From NCBI GenBank assembly GCA_944368975.1, contig CALVXI010000003.1, forward strand, positions 65,929 through 129,928: a stretch of DNA of 64,000 nucleotides. The letters run 5' to 3'. Source of the stretch: an uncultured Bacilli bacterium. Its GTDB lineage: Bacteria; Bacillota_I; Bacilli_A; RFN20; CAG-826. The position numbers were made by a program, and so were the translations under genes. Below are positions 26,762 through 36,789 of this stretch, in pieces. Position 1 is the stretch's first letter, and each line of letters starts with the position of its first letter. Under the pieces are notes generated by a model. That model saw only the letters and a list, made by a program, of their open reading frames with translations, was not told where the DNA came from and searched no databases.

Positions 26762-29470
26762 ATGGAAAAAAAGAAAAGAACAATTAGTCTTATTGCAACA
26801 AGTGTTATTCTTTTAGGTTTAGGCGTTACCTCTTGTGGACCTGATGATACAGGTGGTAATGGTGAGTATAATCCTGTTAATGATACATTCGAAAAAGAAT
26901 TAACTTTAGATAGCGAAAATGTATCAATTAATAGAGAAACCACTTACTTTGCTGGCTATTTAGTTAGAGGAAGTGGTAAATCTAAAGAATATGCTAATGC
27001 TAAAAGCGAAGCATTACTTAAAGCTGGTGAACAAGTTCAATTATATTTTTATGGTGTTCCTAGAACCTATGAAAAGAAAGGTGTAAAAATCACTACCTTA
27101 ACTGGAAGTGATGTTACTGATAGTTGGACTATTACTGATGGTGGCTTAATTACTGTTCCTAATGTTACTCAAGCTACTGACTATATAATTTATTACTACG
27201 CTCAAAGTGATGAAAATACAATTAGAGATGCAGTTAATGTTAAAGTAGTTCCTGCTAGTGAATTTGCTACTGGAGAAGTTAATTATTCTTCATTAGGTGG
27301 TGAAGAAAGAACAAAGATGGCTGCTGCTCTTGAAACTTATTTATTAAATAATGGTATGTCACCTATTGCCTATATGGATGATAGTAGTTATACATTATAT
27401 AGTGAAAGATTATCTACCCCATTCCTTGATAATGAAAATTATGTTCCAGGTTATGGTTATGGTATTATGGATTATGGTGTTATGATTGCTGATAATCCTA
27501 CTGAAACTAATGAAGCTTATAAACGCTATTATCATACTTTATTAAGTGCTTCAAGTTATACAAGTGAATTTAACTATTTAGATAGTAATAATGCCGATAT
27601 TTCTACTTTATATTCTTATATGTCAAGTAGTTATTATGGGCAACTTGTAAATAAAGCCGAAAACGGTTGGGAATATGTTCCAGTGTTAGCTCGTAGTTTA
27701 CCTGTTGAAGCTGATGATGGCGATGGAGATACAAAAAATGGTGTTAGTTCTAAATGGACTGTTCAACTTCGTGTTGGCGGAGAAAAAGCTAATGAAGCTA
27801 CAGGTGTTACACCAGGCTTAAATTATAGAACTGGATCAACTAATTCAATTACTCAAAAATATGATAATCATCCAATTACATTAGATGATTATATTACCCC
27901 TATTAAATTATTAGCTACTGGTAAAATTAACTGGTACCGTGGTAATGAACAAGCTGGTGAATCTACCGCTAATAGACAAATTAAAGGTTTTGCAGAATAT
28001 TTTAATAATACGAGAAATCTTACTGAAGTTCAAACTAATGAAGAATTTATCAAAGCATTAGGTGGTGGTATTACTGTCGATAGAGCTAATAATAGTATCA
28101 CATTTGAATTTAATGCCCCAGTTACTAGAGACTATGCTGAATATCAATTAAATTCAACTTGGGCTAATCCAATTGATGAAGATTTCGTTAGAGAAATTGG
28201 AGGAGGCAATGTTATTAATGGTGCTAAGATTTATGGAACTAATGGTTCTGTAAATGGAACAACTTTAACTCCAATTGATACAATTTTAAGTGTTGGCCCA
28301 TATTATTTATCATCAATACCTTCAAGTTCTTCAGGTGAATTAGGTAGCATCGTTTATTCTAAAAATGACAATTGGCCATCTGCCTTATCAACTCATTATG
28401 GACATGAATTATATAGAATGAAAGGATTCATTCTTAGACTTGATAGTTCTATTTTAACAAATCAAAATGCGCAAATTCTTGCCTTCGAAAACAATCAAGT
28501 CGATGTTAGTAATATTCCTGAAGAATATTGGTCAAAATATGAAAATGGTGAAAATAGTCAATTAAGACATAAAAGTGAGGGTGAAAGTAATAGTCAATTC
28601 CATATTAATACTTGGGATAACTTATTCTGGAGTGAACGCTTCCCTGAAGCTGATGGTAAATGGTCAGTTAAATCTGCTTTAAGCAATAATAATTTCTATA
28701 AAGGCTTATATGTTGGTATTGATCGTAATAGTGTTAGTAGTAGATATCACTATGCTCCTGATATTGATTTATTTGCTCCAATTGATAGAGTTTCTCCTAG
28801 AAGTGAAACTAACTACAACAATACAACAGATCATGCTACTGCAATTTCTTCCACTTTTGGATCTAGATTAAGTGAAAATACTGACGTCTTAAATAACTGG
28901 ATGAGTAATGCTGCTGATTATTTTGACTTAGCAATTCAAGAAGAACTTGCTGCTGGTCATTATTCATTAGGCACTGCTACTAGACCTACAACAATTACAT
29001 TCGAAATGATTACAACTAATTCTACATATGAAAGAGATTTAGTTGCTGCAATTACTGAAGACTGGGAACAAGCATTTGCTTTAGCCGTTTCAAGTCACCG
29101 TGAAGCTGATGGAAGTAATCCATGGATGAGTGGAGATACTCCATTAATTAAATTAGATGTAACAACACATGAAATTGCTGCTAACTCAGCTACTCAACAA
29201 GATGATATGCTTACAAATGGTGTTCAAGCTGGTATCTATGATGGTCAAACCTCATATGTTATTAGTGGTAATAACTATGATGTTTTAAATAAATTAAACA
29301 TCTATATGAGTGATAATAGTAGTGGATTTACCATTAACTTTGGTGCTGATACTACTATACCAAGTGCTGATATTTATTATAACGGTAAATATTGGTCATT
29401 TGATGCTTTATGGCTTGCCGCTAATGGTGATGGTATAACTTTATCTGAAACCGGAAAAATTATTGATTAA
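26762..29470 (+). CDS. oppA: oligopeptide ABC transporter substrate-binding lipoprotein (SBP family 5), enlarged 902-aa form
   Basis: RBS AGGAGG and lipobox GVTSC. It is the first gene of an oppBCDF-type operon. Its length and sequence character fit family-5 SBPs with extra N-terminal and internal segments. Confidence 0.7.
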   Translation: MEKKKRTISLIATSVILLGLGVTSCGPDDTGGNGEYNPVNDTFEKELTLDSENVSINRETTYFAGYLVRGSGKSKEYANAKSEALLKAGEQVQLYFYGVPRTYEKKGVKITTLTGSDVTDSWTITDGGLITVPNVTQATDYIIYYYAQSDENTIRDAVNVKVVPASEFATGEVNYSSLGGEERTKMAAALETYLLNNGMSPIAYMDDSSYTLYSERLSTPFLDNENYVPGYGYGIMDYGVMIADNPTETNEAYKRYYHTLLSASSYTSEFNYLDSNNADISTLYSYMSSSYYGQLVNKAENGWEYVPVLARSLPVEADDGDGDTKNGVSSKWTVQLRVGGEKANEATGVTPGLNYRTGSTNSITQKYDNHPITLDDYITPIKLLATGKINWYRGNEQAGESTANRQIKGFAEYFNNTRNLTEVQTNEEFIKALGGGITVDRANNSITFEFNAPVTRDYAEYQLNSTWANPIDEDFVREIGGGNVINGAKIYGTNGSVNGTTLTPIDTILSVGPYYLSSIPSSSSGELGSIVYSKNDNWPSALSTHYGHELYRMKGFILRLDSSILTNQNAQILAFENNQVDVSNIPEEYWSKYENGENSQLRHKSEGESNSQFHINTWDNLFWSERFPEADGKWSVKSALSNNNFYKGLYVGIDRNSVSSRYHYAPDIDLFAPIDRVSPRSETNYNNTTDHATAISSTFGSRLSENTDVLNNWMSNAADYFDLAIQEELAAGHYSLGTATRPTTITFEMITTNSTYERDLVAAITEDWEQAFALAVSSHREADGSNPWMSGDTPLIKLDVTTHEIAANSATQQDDMLTNGVQAGIYDGQTSYVISGNNYDVLNKLNIYMSDNSSGFTINFGADTTIPSADIYYNGKYWSFDALWLAANGDGITLSETGKIID

Positions 29471-29513
29471 ATTTAAAATTTATTTAATAATCAATTTAAT
29501 TTATAATAAAAGT

Positions 29514-29540
29514 GAAATAGCCTAGAAAATAGGCTATTTC
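29514..29540 (+). terminator. intra-operon hairpin between oppA and oppB (partial terminator or mRNA stabiliser)
   Basis: GAAATAGCCT AGAAAAT AGGCTATTTC forms a perfect 10-bp stem followed by TT. An SBP gene followed by an attenuating hairpin is a common arrangement. Confidence 0.45.
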
Positions 29541-29560
29541 TTACGACTAGGAGAAGAAGT

Positions 29561-30604
29561 ATGACAAAATACGTTATTAAAAGAATTCTTTTAGCGCTTT
29601 GTACGTGCTTTATCGTTTTATCGATAGCGTATTTACTATTATGTTGCTTAAGAATTGAACCTAGAATGGATCCTGAACCTGGTGCACGATATGCCTATTA
29701 TATGGATTACGTTTCTAATGGTTTTTTAGTTTATAGTTTAAATGAAGCTCGACCAGATTTAGGAACTCCACTTGATGTAGTTACTTTGACGGCGACAAAT
29801 GAAACTTATTATTTCTATCAAGCACCTGTATTTCATAGATATGTAACTTTACTTACTGGTGTTTTTACAAGATGGGACTGGGGAGATTCAATTTATATTG
29901 AAAATGGAATTCCTGCGATGCAAGTTCTAACTAGTAGATTAGGAACTACCGTTTCAATTAATATTATTAGTGTTTTCTTTAGTGTTCCATTAGGAATTGG
30001 TCTTGGTGTTATTTGTGCTTTAAAGAAAGACAGTATTTTTGATAATATTGTTCAAGTTTTAATAATGGTTATTATTGCCATACCTTCTTTCGTTTTAGTT
30101 AGTTATTGTGTTTTACTTGCCTATAATACTTCTTGGCTACCTCCTTATTTCCAAGGCGGAAGTACTGATCCAGCTAGACGTATAGCAAGTTATTTAGTTC
30201 CTGTTTTTGTTTTAGCAATTGGTTCTTTATGTGGCTATGCTAGATTTGTTAGAGCTGAACTTTGTGAAGTTCTTCAAAGCGATTATTTACTTTTAGCTAG
30301 AACAAAAGGTTTAACAAGAAGACAAGCTATTATGAGACATGCATTTAGAAATGCAATGGTTCCTGTTTTGCCTTCAGTTGTTAGTGAATTTATTGCTATT
30401 TTAGGTGGTTCAATGATTTTAGAAAATCTTTACCAAATTAATGGTGTTGGAAGACTTTATATGGAAGCTTTTAATGCAAAAGATTACAGTGTTTTAATGG
30501 CTGATATGGCTTTTTATACTGCGATTGGCTTATTAGCTAGTATTATAGTCGACTTGTCGTATGGATTTATTGATCCACGTATTAGAATGGGGGCTAAGAA
30601 ATAG
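29561..30604 (+). CDS. oppB: oligopeptide ABC transporter permease
   Basis: RBS AGGAGAAG. Multi-TM protein with the BPD-transporter EAA-like region YLLLARTKGLTRRQAIMRHAFRNAMVPVL and a C-terminal DPRIR motif. Confidence 0.85.
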   Translation: MTKYVIKRILLALCTCFIVLSIAYLLLCCLRIEPRMDPEPGARYAYYMDYVSNGFLVYSLNEARPDLGTPLDVVTLTATNETYYFYQAPVFHRYVTLLTGVFTRWDWGDSIYIENGIPAMQVLTSRLGTTVSINIISVFFSVPLGIGLGVICALKKDSIFDNIVQVLIMVIIAIPSFVLVSYCVLLAYNTSWLPPYFQGGSTDPARRIASYLVPVFVLAIGSLCGYARFVRAELCEVLQSDYLLLARTKGLTRRQAIMRHAFRNAMVPVLPSVVSEFIAILGGSMILENLYQINGVGRLYMEAFNAKDYSVLMADMAFYTAIGLLASIIVDLSYGFIDPRIRMGAKK

Positions 30605-30605
30605 T

Positions 30606-32927
30606 ATGAGTGTAGAAAAAACTATTATCGATGGATCTGGTAGACAAGTAGAACTTCATGAAAGTGATTTTAAATTAGTTCAACATGATAAAAAGATTTA
30701 CGATGTTAAATTTAAAAATAAACCTACTACATTTTTTAAAGATGCATTACGTCGATTTGTTAAATCAAAGCCTGCTTTAGTTGGTTTTATTGTTGTTGGT
30801 ATTTTATTTTTAACCAGCCTTGTTGTTCCAATGTGCACACCTGATGTTGGTGTTTATAATGTTAATCCTGATGGTGGTGGAGATAGAACAATTGAAAGAG
30901 GTTTGGTTCCAAAATTATTCGATGCAGGAACAGGTTTTTGGGATGGAACTATAAAAAGAACTGGAATTTTATACGATAAAGAAACTGAAGCTCCAGTTGG
31001 TTATAAAGAAAATACCTATTATAATTTAGTTACTTACGATAGAGTTGTTAATAATTTTTCAAGTCCATATGCTAATGGTGGAAGTGTTAATTTTTATAAC
31101 TTATCAACTTCAAATCCAGGATACTTTTATAGTGAATTAATTAATTTTGATTTTTCTAATGAATATACAATTACCTATAATTTATCAAGCGAACAATATA
31201 GTAATTATGTTAAATCTGGTTATAAATTATATTTACATCAAGAAAGTAATCTTGATTTAGAACATAGTTTTACTTTACATAGCTTTGAACCAGCTAATGA
31301 GGGAAATTATGAAAGCTTATTTGGAACTTGGACAGGCGTTGATGATTTAAATAATGAAATAACTATTGTAATTAATGAGCCAAATGAAGAAACTCTTGAA
31401 GGTAGTGGTACTTTTGGGGAATATGAATTTACTTATACTTATGATAGTGAAAATCCAAATACAATTAATTGTGCAATCGACGCTTATAGCAGTTTAAGTT
31501 TTACTTATACTTATGATAGTGAAAATATCACTACATCATTAAGTGTTTCTTATACTGAATTTGATCTTGGAACAAATTACTATTTGGTTGGTGATAAAGA
31601 TACATATGAAACCACTTTAACTAATACAATTAATGTTAATGAAGTTCTTAGTGAATATAATTTAAAAACCTTAGAAGCTGATCTTCGTTTTGAATTACCT
31701 GCAAGCGAGAGTCGAAATACTCCTAACTATATTTTAATTTCTGATTTTAATATTACTTCTAATAATGATGAAATTAATCCAACATTAAGCGCTATTTCCT
31801 TTAAAGATGGTAATGAAGCCTTAATTAGAACAGGTGATGTTAGTGGTGTTTGGTCAACAAATAGTACAGCAAATAAAACAGGTTATGGAGTTAATGCTAC
31901 ATATTGTGATTTTACTTGGGATCAATATGAGGATGCTTATGGCTTAACAACTGTTACATTTGGTCCTCGTCAACTTACTGAATATATTAGTAATGGTTCA
32001 TTAGTTATTCATTTTGATACAACCGGAACAAATGAAACAAGTGACCCAGAAGTATTAAGTGCCCGTTTTGAGGTTGTTGATCCAGAACGATGTCCTATTA
32101 TTAGTGTTACATCACAAGTAGGTAATGCAGTTCTTGATGATTTAAATCCTGCAAATGGTTATACTGGCTATCAAATTTATGCAGAAGCTTATCAATATCG
32201 ACTTTTAGGATATGATGAAATGCCTCGCTTTATATTTGGTACAAATGATTCAAGTAAAGATTACTTTAAATTAATCTTTACTGGTTTAAGATTCTCCTTA
32301 TTATTCGCTTTAGGTGTTAGTATTGTTAATATCATTATTGGTTTAGTTTGGGGTTCAATTTCTGGATATTATGGTGGTTGGGTAGATATTGGAATGGAAA
32401 GAATTTGTGATATTCTTGGTGGACTTCCAACAACGGTCTTAATCACATTAGTTATTATGTATGGAAACCAGTTTAATTGGGGTAATAGTAGTGATGTTAT
32501 TGCTTTAATGATTTCGATTTTCTTAACTGGTTGGATGGGTGTTGCTAGACAAACTAGAACACAGTTCTATCGATTTAAAGGTCGAGAATATGTTTTAGCA
32601 AGTAGAACCTTAGGTGCTAAAGACCGTCGACTTATTTTTAAACACATTTTACCTAATAGTGCTGGAACAATTATTACTGGCAGTGTTTTAATTATTCCTA
32701 GCGTTATGTATACTGAAGCTAGTATTGCTTATTTAGGTTTAGGCTTACAAAATCAAGTTATGTTTGGTGTTATTTTAAGTGAAGCTAATAGTTATTATAC
32801 AGGTGATAAAACTTTCTTATTAATAATTCCAACAATCATTATGATTTTGCTTCTTGTTTCCTTTAACTTATTTGGAAATGGACTTAGAGATGCCTTTAAC
32901 CCTTCACTTAAAGGAGGAGAGAAATAA
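30606..32927 (+). CDS. oppC: oligopeptide ABC transporter permease with a ~470-aa extracytoplasmic insertion after TM1
   Basis: I prefer ATG 30606 (MSVEKT), just after the oppB TAG, to the track's ATG 30561, which overlaps oppB by 44 nt. TM1 is ALVGFIVVGILFLTSLVV. A long hydrophilic segment follows, then a canonical OppC core (EYVLASRTLGAKDRRLIFKHILPN, DAFNP). Confidence 0.8.
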   Translation: MSVEKTIIDGSGRQVELHESDFKLVQHDKKIYDVKFKNKPTTFFKDALRRFVKSKPALVGFIVVGILFLTSLVVPMCTPDVGVYNVNPDGGGDRTIERGLVPKLFDAGTGFWDGTIKRTGILYDKETEAPVGYKENTYYNLVTYDRVVNNFSSPYANGGSVNFYNLSTSNPGYFYSELINFDFSNEYTITYNLSSEQYSNYVKSGYKLYLHQESNLDLEHSFTLHSFEPANEGNYESLFGTWTGVDDLNNEITIVINEPNEETLEGSGTFGEYEFTYTYDSENPNTINCAIDAYSSLSFTYTYDSENITTSLSVSYTEFDLGTNYYLVGDKDTYETTLTNTINVNEVLSEYNLKTLEADLRFELPASESRNTPNYILISDFNITSNNDEINPTLSAISFKDGNEALIRTGDVSGVWSTNSTANKTGYGVNATYCDFTWDQYEDAYGLTTVTFGPRQLTEYISNGSLVIHFDTTGTNETSDPEVLSARFEVVDPERCPIISVTSQVGNAVLDDLNPANGYTGYQIYAEAYQYRLLGYDEMPRFIFGTNDSSKDYFKLIFTGLRFSLLFALGVSIVNIIIGLVWGSISGYYGGWVDIGMERICDILGGLPTTVLITLVIMYGNQFNWGNSSDVIALMISIFLTGWMGVARQTRTQFYRFKGREYVLASRTLGAKDRRLIFKHILPNSAGTIITGSVLIIPSVMYTEASIAYLGLGLQNQVMFGVILSEANSYYTGDKTFLLIIPTIIMILLLVSFNLFGNGLRDAFNPSLKGGEK
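31428..31526 (+). repeat. 27-bp perfect direct repeat pair inside the oppC insertion
   Basis: TTTACTTATACTTATGATAGTGAAAAT occurs at 31428-31454 and again at 31500-31526, 72 bp apart. Both copies encode FTYTYDSEN. Confidence 0.9.
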
Positions 32928-34966
32928 TGGAAAATAACGAAAAAGTATTAGAAGTTAAAGATCTTGTTATTTCTTTTAAAACTGACCGTGGAATAGTTCA
33001 TGCTGTTCGTGGTGTTAGCTTTGATTTATATAAAGGTGAAACTTTATGTATAGTTGGAGAAAGTGGTAGTGGTAAAAGTGTCACTAATAAAGCAATAATG
33101 GGAATTAGTGCAAATAATGCAATTATTGAAAATGGATCAATTATTTTTGAAGGTGAAGATTTAACTAGAGTTAGTGAAGAAGAATTTCATCGTATTAGAG
33201 GACATAAAATCGGAATGATTTTCCAAGATCCTTTAAGTGCACTTAATCCTGTTATGAAGGTTGGCAAGCAAATTATCGAAGCAATGATGATTAATAAAGA
33301 CATCATTAAAAGAAAATATAATGATCTTATTTCAAAAGAATTAACATCATATCGTAATAATCAAGCGAATACTTCATATAATATTGCTAGATTAACAAAT
33401 GAAATTGAAAATAATAAAACTTGGATTAATAAACTTATTAATTTTGCTAAAGAAGAAGCAAAATTATTAAAACAAATTAATTTAATTGAAAATAAGTCTC
33501 AAAAAACTGAAAAATTAGAGATTAAATTAAGTGAATTAAAAGATAAACTTAATACTTTAAATAAAAGTAGAGAAGAGATGATACTTGATATTAAAGATTA
33601 TTCCTATTCTTTAAGAAAATCTAAAGAAAGTAATGTTACTAAATATCAAAATCGTATTAATAAATATCAAGCAAATAAAGAATTTAAATCACCTCTTGAA
33701 AAAGAAATTAACGATAATAATATCATTAAAAATCAATTACATTTAACTGTTTTAAAAGAAGACTCATTTTATGAATTTGATGATAATGATTTAATTTCTT
33801 CATTATCAAAACATAATGAAGAAATTAAAAAGTATATTGAATCATATAAAAATGAGTATAAATTATGCAAAAAGCCTTTAAAACTCAACTTAAATATTGC
33901 AAAAAAGAAGGCTAAAGAAGAAGTAAATGCTTATAAAAATGAAATAAAATTAGAACATGAAAATAAGCTAAATACTTTAAACGAATCTTTAAAAGCTAAA
34001 TATAATGAATTAAATGAATATGAAAAGTCACTTAGTGAAGAAAAAATAAAAGCTATTCGCGATGCTATTTTATTTAACCATTATTTAGATAAGAAAAAAG
34101 AAAAGGAATCAAAGATTCAAAAAGAAATAAATATTTCAAAAACTGTTAAAGACGAAGAAACTTATAAAGAAATTCCTGATGCTAAATATGCTTTATTAGA
34201 TAAAGAAATTAAAGAAATTAAAAAAAGTATTTTAGAAGAAAAACAACGTTATGTTAATCTTACTAAAATTACTAAAGCTGAAGCTAAAAGAATGGCTTTA
34301 GAAGTAATGAGAGAAGTTGGTATTCCTCTTCCTGAAAGAAGATTTTATCAATATCCATTTGAATTTAGCGGTGGTATGAGACAAAGAATTGTTATTGCAA
34401 TTGCTTTAACTGCTAATCCAGATATTTTAATTTGTGATGAGCCTACAACTGCTCTTGATGTTACAATTCAAGCTCAAATTCTTGAACTTATTAATCGTTT
34501 AAAGAAAGAAAGACATTTAAGCTGTATCTTTATTACTCATGATTTAGGTGTTGTTGCAAATATGGCTGATAGAGTGGCTGTTATGTATGCAGGAAAAATA
34601 GTTGAATATGGTAAAGCTACTGAAGTATTCTTTGATCCTCGTCATCCTTACACATGGGCTTTATTATCATCAATTCCTGATATTGATAGTAAAGAAAAAC
34701 TTGAAGCAATTCCAGGAACCCCACCTGATATGATTTATCCACCAAAAGGTGATGCTTTTGCTCTTAGAAGTAAATATGCAATGGCAATTGACTTTAAATA
34801 TGAGCCACCTTTCTTTAAAGTAAGTGAATCACATTATGCAGCTACTTGGTTACTTTATCCAGGAGCTCCAAAAGTTGAAATGCCTCAAATTGTTAAAACT
34901 CGTATTAAAAATGCTTTAATTGAGCAACAAAATAAAATTAAAGAATCTAATGAGGAGGAAATCTAA
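32927..34966 (+). CDS. oppD: oligopeptide ABC transporter ATP-binding protein with a ~325-aa K/E/N-rich insertion
   Basis: Walker A is GESGSGKS, the Q-loop region is IFQDPLSALNP, the signature is FSGGMRQR and Walker B is ILICDEPTTALD. About 325 aa (nt ~33293-34267) lie between the Q-loop region and the signature. The start overlaps the oppC stop (TAATG). Confidence 0.9.
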   Translation: MENNEKVLEVKDLVISFKTDRGIVHAVRGVSFDLYKGETLCIVGESGSGKSVTNKAIMGISANNAIIENGSIIFEGEDLTRVSEEEFHRIRGHKIGMIFQDPLSALNPVMKVGKQIIEAMMINKDIIKRKYNDLISKELTSYRNNQANTSYNIARLTNEIENNKTWINKLINFAKEEAKLLKQINLIENKSQKTEKLEIKLSELKDKLNTLNKSREEMILDIKDYSYSLRKSKESNVTKYQNRINKYQANKEFKSPLEKEINDNNIIKNQLHLTVLKEDSFYEFDDNDLISSLSKHNEEIKKYIESYKNEYKLCKKPLKLNLNIAKKKAKEEVNAYKNEIKLEHENKLNTLNESLKAKYNELNEYEKSLSEEKIKAIRDAILFNHYLDKKKEKESKIQKEINISKTVKDEETYKEIPDAKYALLDKEIKEIKKSILEEKQRYVNLTKITKAEAKRMALEVMREVGIPLPERRFYQYPFEFSGGMRQRIVIAIALTANPDILICDEPTTALDVTIQAQILELINRLKKERHLSCIFITHDLGVVANMADRVAVMYAGKIVEYGKATEVFFDPRHPYTWALLSSIPDIDSKEKLEAIPGTPPDMIYPPKGDAFALRSKYAMAIDFKYEPPFFKVSESHYAATWLLYPGAPKVEMPQIVKTRIKNALIEQQNKIKESNEEEI

Positions 34967-36772
34967 ATGGCTAAAAGAAAAATTAATGAAGAAAAAATTG
35001 AATCCTCAAAAATCGACTTAATAAAAGAAGATGTTTCTATTTATCAAGATGCTCAAGAAACTAATTTAAATATCGATTTAGATAATCATGATAGTGAAAT
35101 TAGTGAGCATACAACTAATAATCCTAATGATTTAATTGATTCAAGTAAGAATATTGATGAGCAAATTTCTAAAATCACCTCTAAATGTACATATCGTCAA
35201 GATTTAGTTGATAATAATGTCGTTTTAAGTGTTGATCACTTAAAACAATATTTCTTTTTTGGACATGGGCCAAGTAGATATAAATTAAAAGCAGTTCATG
35301 ATATTTCTTTCCAAATAAAAGAAAAAGAATGTTTTGGTATTGTTGGTGAATCTGGATGTGGAAAAACTACGACTGGAAGAAGTATAATTCGTTTATATAA
35401 TATAACAAGTGGTTCTATTTACTATAAAGGCTATCGAATTGGAGCTGGAAGTAGATGGAACGAAAAAGAAATTAAATATACTCGTATTAGAGAAAGAAAT
35501 AAGTTAAAAGTACTTAAGAAAATTTTTAATGGTGGTGAATTAACCAGTGAATATCAAGATGTCTTAACTGAAAAAGATGTTAAAAATTCTAACTTTGATA
35601 AAGAAAAGATTTTAGAGAATGTTTCAAAAATTGTTGAAATGAATTCTAAAATTAATGAAGTAATGAATAAATATGCTTTTAAATTAGAAGAAGCTAAGAA
35701 AAACAAAAAGATAGGTGAATATTTTACTTTAATTAAGCAATATAAAAATGAAATTGCTCCTTTTAAAGATGAAGGTTTACCTTATTATCTTGAAGCTAGA
35801 AAGATTATTAAGGAATATTCATCAAATATTATCAAAGTTCAAAAAGCCAAGATTAAACAAATTAAGTATGATAATACTCATGCTGAAGATTTAACTATTA
35901 ATGGTGATAAGATTGAAGCTTTAAAAAATAAATCAAAAGCTCTTAAAGATGCTTTTGATTTAAATATTAAAAAAGCTAAAAATGATGAAGAAATAAATTC
36001 TCTTAAAGAGCAATATGAAAAAGAAGAAAATCTAATTAAAGAAGAAATTAAAGAACTTAAAACTCATAATCATAAGATTATGCGTGAAATTCAAATGATT
36101 TTCCAAGATCCTATTGATTCACTTGATCCTCGTATGACAGTCGAATCTATTATTAGTGAAGGCTTACAAATTCAAGGAATGAAGAATAAAGAAGAAAATC
36201 ATAAAAAAGTTGTTGAAGCCCTTGAAAAAGTTGGTTTAATTGAAGATTATGCTAGCCGTTATCCTCATGAATTTAGTGGTGGACAACGTCAAAGAATCGG
36301 TATTGCTAGAGCTTTAATTATGAATCCTAAACTTCTTATTTGTGATGAACCAATTTCTGCTTTAGATGTTTCAATTCGTGCACAAATTATTAACTTATTA
36401 AATGAGTTAAAAGAAGAAATGGGTTTAACAATTATCTTTATCGCTCATGATCTTAGTGTTGTTAAATATTTCTGTGACCGTATTGCTGTTATGTATTTTG
36501 GAGAAATTGTTGAACTAGCAACAAGTGATGAATTATTTAAACACCCATTACACCCATATACCAAGAGTTTACTTAGTGCAATTCCTAAACCTAATCCTTT
36601 AACAGAGAAAAATCGTAAAAGAATAGTTTATAATCCTCAAAAAGAACATGATTATAGTAAAGAAAAACCAAGTTTAGTAGAAATTGTACCTGGACACTTT
36701 ATACTTGCCAATTCAGAAGAAATTAAGAAATATAAAGAAGAAATTAAAAAAATTGATAGTAAGGTTAAATAA
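34967..36772 (+). CDS. oppF: oligopeptide ABC transporter ATP-binding protein with N-terminal extension and a ~210-aa K/E/N-rich insertion
   Basis: Walker A is GESGCGKTT. An insertion at nt ~35444-36070 precedes MIFQDPIDSLDP. The signature is FSGGQRQR and Walker B is LLICDEPISALD. An ~85-aa acidic/N-rich N-terminal extension is present. Confidence 0.9.
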   Translation: MAKRKINEEKIESSKIDLIKEDVSIYQDAQETNLNIDLDNHDSEISEHTTNNPNDLIDSSKNIDEQISKITSKCTYRQDLVDNNVVLSVDHLKQYFFFGHGPSRYKLKAVHDISFQIKEKECFGIVGESGCGKTTTGRSIIRLYNITSGSIYYKGYRIGAGSRWNEKEIKYTRIRERNKLKVLKKIFNGGELTSEYQDVLTEKDVKNSNFDKEKILENVSKIVEMNSKINEVMNKYAFKLEEAKKNKKIGEYFTLIKQYKNEIAPFKDEGLPYYLEARKIIKEYSSNIIKVQKAKIKQIKYDNTHAEDLTINGDKIEALKNKSKALKDAFDLNIKKAKNDEEINSLKEQYEKEENLIKEEIKELKTHNHKIMREIQMIFQDPIDSLDPRMTVESIISEGLQIQGMKNKEENHKKVVEALEKVGLIEDYASRYPHEFSGGQRQRIGIARALIMNPKLLICDEPISALDVSIRAQIINLLNELKEEMGLTIIFIAHDLSVVKYFCDRIAVMYFGEIVELATSDELFKHPLHPYTKSLLSAIPKPNPLTEKNRKRIVYNPQKEHDYSKEKPSLVEIVPGHFILANSEEIKKYKEEIKKIDSKVK

Positions 36773-36789
36773 TAATTAATTTCTAATTT

